Below are positions 1 to 13,181 of a stretch of DNA of 64,000 nucleotides, piece by piece (the first letter of the stretch is position 1; each line of letters starts with the position of its first letter). The notes below the pieces were generated by a model. It had not been told where the DNA came from, searched no databases, and saw only the letters and a list, made by a program, of their open reading frames with translations. Position numbers and translations under genes: made by a program. The stretch spans positions 198,588,001 through 198,652,000 of the forward strand of contig NC_086097.1 of assembly GCF_963921235.1 (NCBI RefSeq), written 5' to 3'. The stretch comes from Mobula hypostoma. Taxonomy: Eukaryota.

Positions 1-169
1 GTTGTAACTATATGTTATAATCATGTGGTTTTTGTCAGTTTTTTTTTAGTCTTGGTTTGTCATGTGTTTCTGTGACATCATTCTGGAAAAACATTGTATC
101 ATTTCTTAATGCATGCATTACTAAATGACAATAAAAGAGGACTGCGTGTCCTCATAATCTAATCTAATC
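1..169 (+). mobile_element. 3' end of non-autonomous retroelement family A, (AATCT)n tail
   Basis: Near-identical to the 3' ends at 18140-18310 and 39360-39518. Confidence 0.85.
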
Positions 170-173
170 CGAG

Positions 174-326
174 TAACACATACACACAGAACTGGAGGAA
201 AAAATCTGAGGAGTAGATTTGAAATCTCCAGTCCCACCGAAGAGTTTCAGCCCGAAACGTTCATTGTGTTTTTTTTCCATAGATGCTGCCTGGCCTGCTG
301 AATTCCTCCAGCATTTTGTGTGTGTT
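174..326. mobile_element. Degenerate PLE-derived fold-back element
   Basis: cccgaaacgt...agatgctgcctggcctgctg...ccagcattttgtgtgtgtt shared with the other PLE termini. Confidence 0.7.
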
Positions 327-639
327 CACAGGGAGAATGCGCTAACTTCATACAAGGTCAGAATTAAAGCCAGGTGGCTGGAACTGTGAGACAGTGAACC
401 TGCCACTGTGCCGTTCACGTGTGTTTTGAAAAGGTGGAAGTGGGAGAACAGGAAGTTGGTGTGGATTGCTTCTTGTTGTGCTCCAAAAATTCTGCTAGCA
501 AATGTATCAACACGTGGCCGTATGTACGGGTGAGGTGTCACAGTGTCCCTTTTGGCAACTCACCAGCATGGTCATGAATTTATAGATATTTCAGCCGCCT
601 GAGCTAACAGCAATATTTTAAACAGCAGCATTTCTTTAA

Positions 640-1150
640 GCTTAATTCCAATTCCCATTCCCATTCCGACATATCGGTCCATGGCTTCCTCTTGTGTCAC
701 AATGAGGCCATCTCAGGCTGGAGGAGCAGCACCTTATGTTCCTTCTGGGTAGCCTCCAACCTGATGGCATGAATAATCGATTTCTCCTTATGGTAAAGAA
801 AATTCCTCCCCCTCTCCTCTTCTTCTAATCCCCACTCTAGTCTCTTAGCTCTTCTCACTTGCCCATTATCTCCCCAAGGTCCCCTCCTCCTTCCCTTTCT
901 TCCATGGTCCACTTTCCTCTCTTATCAGATTCCTTTCCTACCCACCTGGCTTCACCTATTCACCTTGTAGCTATCCTCCCCCAACCTTTTTATTCCGGCA
1001 TTTCCCCCCTTCCTTTACAGTCCTGAAGAATGATCTCGGCTCAAAACATTGACTGCTCATTTCCATGGATACTGCCTGACTTACTGAGTTTCTCCAGCAT
1101 TTTGTGTGTGTTGCTTTGGATTTCAAGCAGCTGCAGAATTTCTTTTGTTT
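640..1150 (+). mobile_element. Penelope-like element 3' end (GIY-YIG C-terminus plus pLTR, decayed hammerhead)
   Basis: Translates to ...LEEQHLMFLLGSLQPDGMN, followed by a pyrimidine-rich tract and cagtcctgaaga...aaacattgactg. Confidence 0.8.
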
Positions 1151-3144
1151 AAGCTGTGGGCCAACTTAATCTAATTTATTAAATTATCATATATTGTGGA
1201 CTAATCATTAACATCCTTGTGTACTTCCTCTCCATTCCCAGACAAGATCAATTATTCAATTTAAAGTTTAAGTAGGGTTCCAAAGTAGGCCAGAAACTTT
1301 TCGTTAACCTCCACAATGTCACATTTCCAAGTAGCTTTCCTTCTCTTGAAATTTATCTACCTGGTTAAAAAATATACCTACTCCAAGACTTCCCTAATTT
1401 GAGAGGATATGGTGAGTTATGCCATTAACATCTCCTTCAGATTTACTTGAAATGAAGGCCACCAATGCCCTCAGAGGGAAAGAAAAGTGCCATCAGATAC
1501 TGTAGCTCTACAATCATGGAGGATCAATGACGTCAAGTAAAGGTCCTCGACTTGTATAAAGCCTTTCCTTCCCATTAAGCAGATTAAAATTTCATGATTA
1601 CCAAACTAAATGAGTCACACGCAGTTACAGCAAAAACAGTGCATTTTGCAGCTGTGTTATAAATACTACTTAATAATGGGGAGGTCAAGTATGGCAAGTC
1701 TTTTTATCTATCTGATTTTCCTAATAATTAAACTGCCATGCCTAAATTATCAAGCTCTTTGGATAATCTACTGTCTAAACAGTGGCAAAGAACATGTGAC
1801 TATTCTTGTAACCAAAACCTATAATTTCATTTTACACCCCCTGCTAATTCATACGTAAAACTCCATGTGAGAAACGACCTTCTCTGTCTGAAGGTTAAGT
1901 TTATATTTGGTTACTCAACTTAGTGCTTCCAAACTTATTTTTTAAGTTTATCTATAGCAACATCTTTCATTGGGTCATCAACTCCATAGCTGCTTCACAG
2001 CTTGCCATCTGGCCTCAAGATTTATTTGAAATCAATGCAAATAATTGGATCTGATTTATTATATCCTAACCATCAAACTGTTAACCAAGATACAAAAAAC
2101 ACTGTTTTGTTGAAAAACAAAGCTGAACATCTATACTTGTTGAGTCCAATAGAAGCTGATGAAACAGTTGGAGGATGGAGGAGCAGGGGTGATCACTGAG
2201 ATGGAGTTTGGTTTGTTAAGGTGTGGGGTGGTCACTGGGTCACATTTAGATTTGGTTGGGTGATTGAGGTTTATGTATCCTGTGATTCAGGTCAAGGTGT
2301 CAAGAAACTGGACCGGGTGTGTTGTGTTAGAGGTCAAAACAGAGGGCTGAACTCACTTTAGCCCCATGGTGTGGAGTGGGAATAAAAGAACAGCTAAATA
2401 AATAAATTAACAAGAATTATCTGAGTCAGGGTCCCAGCACCTGGCAGGGATTTCCCAGATCATGAATCTGCAGAGGAAGCAACTCTATTAAAGCTGAGGT
2501 AGCCCAAGTGTTTCACCACAACAGGCTTCAGAATGATGTGAATTAATTTATCCTGGCAAATTTCAAAGTAACTACTCTACAGGGAATGACAACATTATAT
2601 GTACGTTCTATACATAAAGCACATAATTAGTTCAGAGGCATTGTGCCACAGAAAGTGCCAGCTGAATTGTTTTGAACCAGAAATCATGAGAATGTAGCTC
2701 CACTTTAGAAAAATCAATTCTTATAACATGGCATTGACCAAAAATAAACACGGTGATCTTGAATTTCCAGTGAACTAATTATATCTAAATTAATGTTGGG
2801 AAAGTTTGTAAAATGATATTCCATAGATTTCAAGGTAGCTTAACTTGGAAAGGGATAAGGATGGTATGGAAATTAAGGTCTTAAATTAGGAGAAAGGTCA
2901 ACTTCAACATCATAATCAGGACCTGCCAAAAGTACCCTGCGAACAGATACTTGCTGGTGAGTCTACATCATAAAAGTGTGAGACATCCAAAATAGAAATA
3001 TTGAGATTTCGGGTCCAACATGTTCTCATAAAGGTAAAAGGTCAGGGACATCGAGGGCTACATAAAAGGATAAATATATTCATATGACAGGGATAGAAGA
3101 TTGAAAAAAGGGGAAGAGAATGTATAGAGGGTATTTAAGAATTA

Positions 3145-3772
3145 ATTAGAATTTACTGAAATCTTACATCCATCCCACAACATGAGGGAGTAAAAATTTT
3201 TGCATCATGACTCCGTCACAAAGTACGGACATGTGACTTTAAAAGTCTAATGGCTTGTAGAAAGAAGCTGTACCATAGCCTGTTGGTCCTGGCTTTAATG
3301 CTGTGGTAACATTTGCCAGACGGAAGCAGCTGAAACAGTTTATGGTGGGGGTGACTGGTGTCCCTGATGATCTTCCAGGCCTTCTTTCTGCACCTACTGC
3401 TATCAATGTCCTCAATTCAGGGAAGTTCACATCCACAGATGCGCTGAGCTGTCCGTACCACTCTCGACAGTGCCCAGTGATCAAGGCTGGTGCAGTTCCT
3501 GTACCAGTCGAGGATACAGCCAGTCAGTATCCTCTCAATGGTGTCCCTATAGATGGTCTTGAGGATTTGGAGGTCTATGCCAAACTTCTTCAGTCGCATG
3601 AGGTGGAAGAGATACTGTTGTGCTTTCTTTGCCACAAAGTCGGTGTGTACAGTCCGTGTGAGATCATCAGTGATGTGTATACCGAGGAATTTGAAACTAC
3701 TTACCCTCTCAACTGAAGACCCATTGATGCTGATTGGGGCGAGCCTGTCTCCGTTCCACCTGTAATCCACAA
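3145..3772 (-). mobile_element. Rex1/Babar-type LINE 3' fragment inserted in an old + strand CR1 fragment
   Basis: ORF 3417-3842: VERVSSFKFLGIHITDDL...KKAQQYLFHLMRLKKFG...RVVRTAQ. Confidence 0.8.
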
Positions 3773-3849
3773 TCCTAGAAATTAGGAGGGCAAGGAAAGA
3801 GCACAAAATATCACTGGTAAAAAAGTTTAATTGAAATCCCAAAGCATTT

Positions 3850-6800
3850 TAGACAATAGACAATAGACAATAGGTGCAGAAGTAGACCATTCGGCCCTTC
3901 GAGCCTGCACCACCATTCCGAGATCATGGCTGATCATCTACTATCAATACCCGGTTCCTGTCTTGTCCCCATAACCCTTGATTCCCCTATCCATAAGATA
4001 CCTATCTAGCTCCTTCTTGAAAGTATCCAGAGAATTGGCCTCCACTGCCTTCTGAGGCAGCGCGTTCCACACCTCCAGAATTCTCTGGGAGAAGAAGTTC
4101 CTCCTCAACTCTGTCCTAAATGACCTACCCCTTATTCTTAAACTATGCCCTCTGGTACTGGACTCTCCCAGCATCTGGAACATATTTCCTGCCTCTATCT
4201 TATCCAATCCCTTAATAATCTTATATGTCTCAATCAGATCCCCCCTCAATCTCCTTAATTCCAGTGTGTACAAGCCCAGTCTCTCTAACTCTCTGCGTAA
4301 GACAGTCCGGACATCCCAGGAATTAACCTAGTGAACCTACACTGCACCTCCTCCACAGCCAGGATGTCTTTCCTTAACCCTGGAGACCAAAACTGCACAC
4401 AATGCTCCAGGTGTGGTCTCACCAGGGCCCTGTACAAATGCAAAAGGATTTCCTTGCTCTTGTACTCAATTCCCTTTGTAACAAAGGCCAACATTCCATT
4501 AGCCTTCTTCACTGCCTGCTGCACTTGCTCATTCACCTTCAGAGACTGATGAACAAGTACTCCTAGATCTCTTTGTATTTCACCCTTACCTAACTCCACA
4601 CCATTCAGATAATAATCTGCCTTCCTGTTCTTGCTCCCAAAGTGAATAACCTCACACTTATTCACATTAAACGCCATCTGCCAAGTTTCTGCCCACTCAA
4701 ACCGGCCTATCCAACTCACCTTGAATTCTCCTAACATCCTCATCACATGTCACACTGCCACCCAGCTTAGTATCATCAGCAAACTTGCTGATGTTAAGAC
4801 CATAAGACAAAGGAGCAGAAGTAGGCCATTTGGCCCATCGAGTCTGCTCCGCCATTTTATCATGAGCTGATCCATTTTCTCCTATTTAGTCCCACTCCCC
4901 TGCCTTCTCACCATAACCTTTGATGCCCTGGCTACTCAGATACCTATCAATCTCTGCCTTAAATACACCCAATGACTTGGCCTCCACTGCTGCCCGTGGC
5001 AACAAATTCCATAGATTCACCACCCTCTGACTAAAAAAATTTCTTCACATTTCTGTTCTGAAAGGGCGCCCTTCAATCCTCAAGTCATGCCCTCTCGTAC
5101 TAGACTCCTCCATCATGGGAAACAACTTTGCCACATCCACTCTGTCCATGCCTTTTAACATTCGAAATGTTTCTATGAGGTCTCCCCTCATTCTTCTAAA
5201 CTCCAAGGAATACAGTCCAAGAGTGGACAAACGTTCCTCATATGTTAACCCTCTCATTCCCGGAATCATTCTAGTGAATCTTCTCTGTACCCTCTCCAAC
5301 GTCAGCACATCCTTTCTTAAATAAGGAGACCAAAACTGCCCACAGTACTCCGAGTGAGGTCTCACCAGCGCCTTATAGAGCCTCAACATCACATCCCTGC
5401 TCCTATACTCTATTCCTCTAGAAATGAATGCCAACATTGCATTCGCCTTCTTCACTACTGACTCAACCTGGAGGTTAACTTTAAGGGTATCCTATACAAG
5501 GACTCCCAAGTCCTGTTGCATCTCAGAACTTTGAATTCTTTCCCCATTTAAATAATAGTCTGCCCGTTTATTTTTTCTGCCAAAGTGCATAACCATACAC
5601 TTTCCAACATTGTACTTCATTTGCCACTTCTCTGCCCATTCTTCCAATCTATCCAAGTCTCTCTGCAGACTCTCCGTTTCATCAGCACTACCGGCCCCTC
5701 CACCTATCTTCGTATCGTCAGCAAACTTAGCCATAAAGCCATCTATTCCATAATCTAAATCGTTGATGTACGATGTAAAAAGAAGCGGCCCCAACACTGA
5801 TCCCTGCGAAACACCACTGTTAACCGGCAGCCAACCAGAATAGGATCCCTTTATTCCCACTCTCTGTTTCCTGCCAATCAGCCAACGCTCTATCCACGTA
5901 TGTAACTTTCCCGTAATTCCATGGGCTCTTATCTTGTTAAGTAGCCTCACGTGTGGCACCTTGTCAAAGGCCTTCTGAAAATCCAAATATACAACATCCA
6001 CTGCATCTCCCTTGACTAGCCTACTGGTAATTTCCTCAAAAAATTGTAATAGGTTTGTCAGGCAGGATTTTCCTTTAATGAATCCATGCTGAGTTCTGCC
6101 TATCTTGTCATATGCCTCCAGGTACTCCATAACCTCATCCTTGACAATCGACTCCAACAACTTCCCAACCACCGATGTCAAGCTAACAGGTCTATAATTT
6201 CCTTTTTGCTTCCTTGCCCCCTTCTTAAATAGCGGAGTGACATTTGCAATCTTCGAATCCTCCGGAACCATGCCAGAATCTATCGACTTTTGAAAGATCA
6301 TCGCTAATGCCTCCGCAATCTCCACAGCTACTTCCTTCAAAACACGAGGGTGCATTCCATCTGGTCCAGGAGATTTATCTACCTTTAGCCTATTCAGCTT
6401 CCTGAGTACTTTCTCTGTCGTAATTGTGACTGTGCACACTTCTCTTCCCTGCCACCCTTGAGTGTCCGGTATACTGCTGTCTTCCTCAGTGAAGACTGAT
6501 GCAAAATACTCATTCAGTTCCTCTGCCATCTCATCTCCCATTACAATTTCTCCAGCGTCATTTTCTATCGGTCCTATATCTACTCTCACCTGTCTTTTAC
6601 TCTTTATATACTTGAAAAAGCTTTTAGTATCCTCTTCGATATTATTTGCTAGTTTCCTTTCATAGTTAATCTTTTCTCTCTTAATGAACTTCTTGGTTTC
6701 CTTTTGTAAGGTTTTAAAAACTTCCCAATCCTCTCTCTTCCCACTAGTTTTTGCTTCCTTGTATGCCCTTTCTTTTGCTTTAACTTTGGCTTTGACTTCT

Positions 6801-9800
6801 CTTGTCAACCACGGTTGCATCCTTTTTCCACTCGAAAATTTCTTCTTTTTAGGAATATACCTGTCTTGCACATTCCTCATTTCTCACATAAACTCCAGCC
6901 ACTGCTGCTCTGCTGTCTTTCCCGCCAGTGTTTCTTTCCAGTCAACTTTGGCCAGTTCCTCTCTCATGCCACTGTAATTTCCTTTACTCCACTGAAATAC
7001 CGACACATCAGATTTCAGCTTCTCTTTTTCAAATTTCACAGTGAACTCAATCATGTTATGATCACTGCCTCCTAAGGGTTCCTTCACCTCAATCTCTCCA
7101 ATCACCTCCGGTTCATGACGCAATACCCAATCCAGTACAGCCGATCCCCTAGAAGGCTCAACAACAAGCTGTTCTAAAAAGCCATCTTGCAGACATTCTA
7201 CAAATTCTCTCTCTTGAGATCCAGTGCTGACCTGATTTTCCCAATCTACTCGCATGTTAAAATCCCCCACAATTATCATAACACTGCCCTTCTGACAAGC
7301 CTTTTCTATTTCCAGTTGTAATTTGTAGTCCACATCCCTGCAGCTGTTTGGAGGCCTATAAATAACTGCTATCAGGGTCCTTTTGCCGCTGCAATTTCTT
7401 AGCTCAACCCATAATAATTCTGCACCTTCTGATCCTATATCACCTCTTTCTAATGATTTAATATCATATCTTACCAATAAAGCCACGCCTCCCCCTCTGC
7501 CTACCTTCCTATCCTTCCGATACACCGTGTATCCTTGGACGTTCAGCTCCCAGAGACATACATCCTTTAGCCAGGTCTCAGTGATGGCCACAATATCATA
7601 CCTGCCAATCTGTAGCTGTACAACAAGATCATCCACCTCATTCCTTATGCTGTGTGCATTTAAGTACAACACCTTAAGACCAGTATTTGATACTTTTTGC
7701 TTCGATTTCACTGCAACTTTATTGCACTGCAACTCATCCCAATGGCTACAAATTTGCCCCATCACCTGCCTGTCTTTCCTGACATCTTTACTGCTCACTA
7801 TCTTAGATTTATTTCTGTTTTCCCCTTCCTCCGCTCTATAATTGATGTTATTCACAATGCCTTCCTTTAAATCACTGACGTAAATCGTAAACAGCTGTGG
7901 TCCCAATACTGAGCCCTGTGGCACCCCACTAGTCATCACCTGCCATTCCGAGAAACACCCATTCACTGCCACCCTTTGCTTTCTATCTGCCAACCAGTTT
8001 TCTATCCATGTCAATATCCTCCCCGCAATGCCATGACCTCTGATTTTACCCACCAATCTCCTATGTGGTACCTTTTCAAATGCCTTCTGAAAGTCAAGGT
8101 ACACCACATCCACTGGATCTCCCACGTCTATCTTCCTGGTTACATCCTCGAAAAACTCCAATAGATTAGTCAAGCATGATTTGCCCTTGGTAAATCCATG
8201 CTGGCTTGGCCCAGTCCTATCACTGCTATCAAGATATGCCGCTATTTCATCTTTAATAATGGACTCTAGCATCTTCCCCACTACTGATGTTAGGCTACTG
8301 ATGTTAGGCTAACAGGGCGATAGTTCTCTGTTTTCTCCCTCCCTCCTTTCTTAAAAAGTGGGATAACATTAGCCATTCGCCAATCCTCAGGAACTGATCC
8401 TGAATCTAAGGAACATTGGAAAATGATCACCAATGCATCCGCAATTTCCAGAGCCACCTCCTTTAGTACCCTGGGATGCAGACCATCTGGACCTGGGGAT
8501 TTGTTAGCCTTCAGTCCCATCAGTCTACTCATCACCGTTTCCTTCCTAATGTCAATCTGTTTCAGTTCCTCTGTTACCCTATGTCCTTGGCCCATCCATA
8601 CATCTGGGAGATTGCTTGTGTCTTCCCTAGTGAAGACAGATCCAAAGTACTTACTAAATTCGTCTGCCATTTCTCTGTTTCCCATAACAATTTCTCCCAA
8701 TTCATTCTTCAAGGGCCCAACATTGTTCTTAACTACCTTCCTTTTCTTCACATACCTAAAAAAACTTTTGCTATCCTCCTTTATATTCTTAGCTAGTTTG
8801 CGTTCATACCTCATTTTTTCTCCCCATATTGCCTTTTTAGTTAAGTTCTGTTGCTCCTTAAAAATTTCCCAATCATCCGTCTTCCCACTCACCTTAGCTC
8901 TGTTATACTTTTTCTTTTTTAATGCTATGTTATCTCTGACTTCCTTTGTCAACCACTGTGGCCACTTTCCCCCCTTTGAATCCTTCCTTCTCCGGGGGAT
9001 GAACTGATTTTGCACCTTGTGCATTATTCCCAAGAATACCTGCCATTGCTGTTCCACTGTCTTTTCTGCTAGGATATCCGACCAGTCAACTTTGGCCAGC
9101 TCCTCCCTCATGGCTCCATAGTCTCTTTTGTTCGACTGCAATACTGACACTTCTGATCTGCCCTTATCCCTCTCAACTTGCAGATAAAAACATCATATTA
9201 TGGTCACTACCTCCTAATGGCTCCTTTACTTCAAGATCACTTATCAAATCCTGTTCATTGCACAACACTAAATCCAGAATAGCCTTATCCCTGGTCGGCT
9301 CTCTTACAAGCTGCTCCAAAAATGCATCCTGTAGGCACTCTACAAACTCCCTATCCTGGGGTCCAGTACCAACCTGATTTTCCCAGTTCACCTGCATGTT
9401 GAAATCCCCCATAACTACTGCGACATTTCCTTTGCCACATGCCATTGTTAACTCCCTATTCAACTCGCACCCAATATCCATGCTGCTGTTTGGAGGCCTG
9501 TAGATAACACCCATTAGGGTCTTTTTGCCCTTACTGTTCCTCAGTTCTATCCACACTGACTCTACTTCTCCTGATTCTATGTTCCCCCTTGCAAGGGACT
9601 GAATCTCATTCCTCACCAACAGGGCCACCCCACCAACTCTGCCCACATTTCTGTCCCTTCGATAGCACGTATACCCTTGCACATTCAATTCCCAGGTCTG
9701 ATCCCCCTGCAGCCATGTCTCCGTTATCTCAACAACTTCATAGTTGCCCCTTCGCACCTGAGCTTCAAGCTCATCCGCCTTATTTCTGACACTTCGTGCA

Positions 9801-10145
9801 TTCAGATATAGAATTTTTAACCCATTTCTCCTCTCTCTGTTTAAATCGCTGCCTATTGTGCATATCCCAGCTCCCCGAACTGTCACTGGGCTATACGCTC
9901 CTTGAATTTTGTTGTCCTTCTTACATTTACTTACTCTTTCTGCACATTTAACTCCATGCTCCGTCAGACCATCCCCCTGCACATGTATCCTCCTTATCAC
10001 TCGTTCCGCCTCACCTTTCTCTACTTCACACTTAATATTCCAGAACCGTGTAATCCCCACCTGTCCTTTATACTTCATCTCGCTATCCTCTCTCACATTC
10101 TGGATCCCTGCCCCCTGCAAATTTAGTTTAAACCCCCCCCAAGCA
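3850..10145 (-). mobile_element. CR1 LINE 'A': disrupted ORF2 (APE endonuclease plus RT), split by nested CR1 'B'
   Basis: LKILYLNARS and GDFN endonuclease motifs (9173-10120), [13 protein letters not shown]-terminus at 3944-4273, (CTATTGT)n tail at 3850-3873. A 14-bp tandem duplication at 8281-8308 causes a frameshift. Confidence 0.92.
4797..7842 (-). mobile_element. CR1 LINE 'B': near-complete ORF2 with stops/frameshifts, nested in CR1 A
   Basis: 8-bp TSD TGATGTTA at 4789-4796 and 7843-7850. LKVLYLNA endonuclease motif, RT with KFADDTK, short tandem tail. Confidence 0.92.
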
Positions 10146-10974
10146 GCAAAAATGTTTATAAATATATTAATGGAAATATTTATTTCTTACTGTAATTTGT
10201 AGTTTTTCAATTATGTATTGCAATGTATTGCCACAAAACAACAAATTTCATGACATAGACCAGTGATATTAAACTTGATTTTTATTTTGATTTTGATTCT
10301 GATTCCTACTATCTATCCTATCTACGCTCCTCATAATCCAACAGATTTCAGTCTCCTGTTCAAGAAAATTAAACCCAGCCTATCCAGTCTCAGTGTACAA
10401 ATACAAGGATCCTTGAAGGTAGCAGCACAAATCAAAAAGGTGGTGATAAAAGCATCTGGGATTCAAAACTGAGGTAATAACTGGAGTGTATTAGCATAGG
10501 GTAAGGTGCAAAAAGTTGAGAGGAGATTTTAATATCCTTTGTATTGAGCTAAGGTTATACAGAGCTTAGTTGGAATCTGGAACACATTGCTTGAATGAGA
10601 GATGAAGGCAGGTACTTTCACAACATCTGAGAAATATCTAAAGATGTACCAAAATTGTCAAGATTTAGAAGGCTGTGGACCAAGTTCTAGCAAATGGTAT
10701 TTATATAGATAGGTTTTAGAATGTCAGCATGGATGTGGTGGGCCAAAAGGCCCAGGTCTCTACAAACTCATGGCTCTACTGAGAGGTTAGAAAGTCATTA
10801 TCTATTCTGAAGTGACTACCACATTATTGCTCCTTTTTCATAACAGATTTCATCATGCATTAATGACAAATATAACCATGTGAATATCTCCTAAAATTAT
10901 AGAATTCCATAAAAGTGACATTTTGTAATGGACCCTAGAAATACGTTGTATGATATTTAGTTAAGGGAGAGCTG

Positions 10975-10980
10975 TTTATT
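10975..10980 (-). promoter_or_regulatory. Putative polyadenylation signal AATAAA of the minus-strand gene
   Basis: tttatt on + strand, ~70 nt 3' of the stop codon at 11052. Confidence 0.5.
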
Positions 10981-11051
10981 TTGTTTATGTTTACAAGCTA
11001 TGTTTACAGACCATATATCCAAAAGCTGCTTCAAATTTTTTGGAAGTGTAT

Positions 11052-11220
11052 TCATTTGTAATGGCAGACTGCAGCGTTGCAAAATCTAACTGGATACTGA
11101 ATTAACTTTAGCATTTGAGGAGGACTTAAATTATTTTCACACCATTCCCCAACAGTTTCTGGCAGTAGCACAATCTTTCTTCGCCGAGAAATGGAACAAT
11201 TTTCTGCTTGCTTTTGCTTC
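11052..11220 (-). CDS. Terminal coding exon of an unrecognised multi-exon gene (KQKQAENCSISRRRKIVLLPETVGEWCENNLSPPQMLKLIQYPVRFCNAAVCHYK*)
   Basis: Unique sequence. Acceptor cattag|G is phase 2 and matches the phase-2 donor at 12525. An alternative in-phase acceptor ttcag|T lies at 11232. TGA stop at 11052-11054, AATAAA ~70 nt downstream. Confidence 0.7.
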
Positions 11221-12525
11221 CTAATGCCAAGACTGAATGATTGTTGAGCTGATACCAATATTAGATGTAAAAGGTGTAAAACACTAAACAAAAATGGCAT
11301 CCAAAATCATTATGAAATGAAAATAGAAGATACTAGAAATATTTAGGTCAGGTGGCATCTATGGAGAAAGAACCAAATGCAAATTACATGCTGAAATCTT
11401 CCACTGACCAAAACGATGTTCCTCCCTTCAACAATGTTGCCTGATCTGCTGAGCAGTATGTTTGGTTCTGTGTCAGCAATACAGCATCAGCAGATTTATT
11501 TTGTTTTCTTTTGGAAAAGAGAATGTGTCAAGATCAGTCTGATCTACTTAAGACATTAGAATGAAGAATAGTTATTTTTACATCAGGACACAATTCTGCC
11601 ACTTGGACTCATTTAAATTGCTTCTCAATCATTTTGTTCCTTGTACCAGGGCACCAAAGCAGAACATTATTTGTCATCCAGCAGGACCATGGAGATGCTG
11701 CACTCCAGCATTCCTGACTTCCCTCTTTGAAAGGAGAAAAATATTATGCGTATTAGGCAAAAAGGCAGTTCCACTGCTGCCCTAGATGACGAAATTTCTC
11801 AAACTATCCAAATATGAACAGGCCAGTGACCTGAGAGCAATCAGGATTGAATGCAGGGAGGCCTACAGTTATTATTGCCTTCTCTATCCTTAACAACTTG
11901 GCCAACCAGGAAACACTGCAGAATGTCTCAGGTGATCAGGTGATGCCAGTACAGGAGACTCTGAAATGCAGCCACCAAAACCTGTGAACACCACAAAGGA
12001 GAGTATCTATGGGAAGATCATCTCTACATTATGACTCATTGGATCTAGATAACATAAAATAATGTCTCTTAAGTCAAGGGTTAAACCCTCATGCCAGGGC
12101 ATGTTGCAAAGAGCAGGTCTGTATTTTCTTGTGAATGGAAGATTCAGTGATGATTAAGGGGAATTGATTGAGTAGATGGTTACCCATGAAGAAACCTAGC
12201 ACTGTAATTGATTTTGTTTAAGGAATAATGTAGCCTGTTAACACAAAGAACTCTGAGTTGAGGCTGTGCACACTTTTGACAGGTGCACACTTCCTTTTGA
12301 CAGATACCACTTTGGTTTGTGCACTCACATGTAGTAAATACTGACAGCATTCAGAGCAGGCAGATTATAGTACCCATCAGTTCGCAGTGTTGGCTTGATG
12401 TTGGTTCAACCTACACCTTTTCTTATCCTCACACAGATAAACACAACACTAAATAGTATTAACATCCTCCTACCGATGCTTTTTAAAGAGATGATGAAAT
12501 AACTACAGTTTACTGGATAAATTAC

Positions 12526-12692
12526 TTCTTCTGGCTCTTGGTGTAATGGTACATATTTTTAGAACTTCTCAGTGCTTTTCTAAAGTTTATAAAGTCTCCA
12601 GAGAGTGGGCTGGCTGAAATGCTTTCTTGTTGATTTAAAAGCTGAAACAATTTGCTTCTCAAGATGGCCTGATCCGACCTCCTCTTAAATAA
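12526..12692 (-). CDS. Internal coding exon, 167 nt, phase 0 to 2 (LFKRRSDQAILRSKLFQLLNQQESISASPLSGDFINFRKALRSSKNMYHYTKSQK)
   Basis: Acceptor ctgttcattatcccag|, donor AA|gtaatt, open frame, phases match both neighbouring exons. Confidence 0.72.
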
Positions 12693-13040
12693 CTGGGATA
12701 ATGAACAGAGGAAGTGTAGCATGGATTAAGCTGTCAGAGGGGAGAGGAGGAAGGAAAGGGGAATGAACGGACAGAAACATCTTCTCCAGGGGTCTTTAGG
12801 TGGCAATACTCATTATCAATGCTAGAGATAATGTTGTTTCATTAAAGAGTTTGTAATCACTGCTGTTGCCAAATTGCAACAATTCCTGTGGACCTTGTGG
12901 ATCTAATGCTTCTAACTGCTGTATTACTTTCTGTGCAATAGGCTGGCTTCAAGTTAATGCATGGGATATAATCAAGGGCTAATTTTTGAGTGCATTCTTC
13001 ATGGTGGACTCTTATTCAGAGGGAAATACGGTAGACTTAC

Positions 13041-13181
13041 CTCATATTTTTCTTGCTTGAGACTGTACAGGGGCTGTAAGCACTGGAACCTCCATGGACC
13101 GCAGGCTTTCTCATAGTACAAGTTGACATTGATGGTGCACAAATTGTCTTTTATTTTGCTTATATTAAATCTGCTCTTTTC
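13041..13181 (-). CDS. Internal coding exon, 141 nt, phase 0 to 0 (EKSRFNISKIKDNLCTINVNLYYEKACGPWRFQCLQPLYSLKQEKYE)
   Basis: Acceptor ccttttacattcag|G and consensus donor GAG|gtaagt, open frame. Confidence 0.8.
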
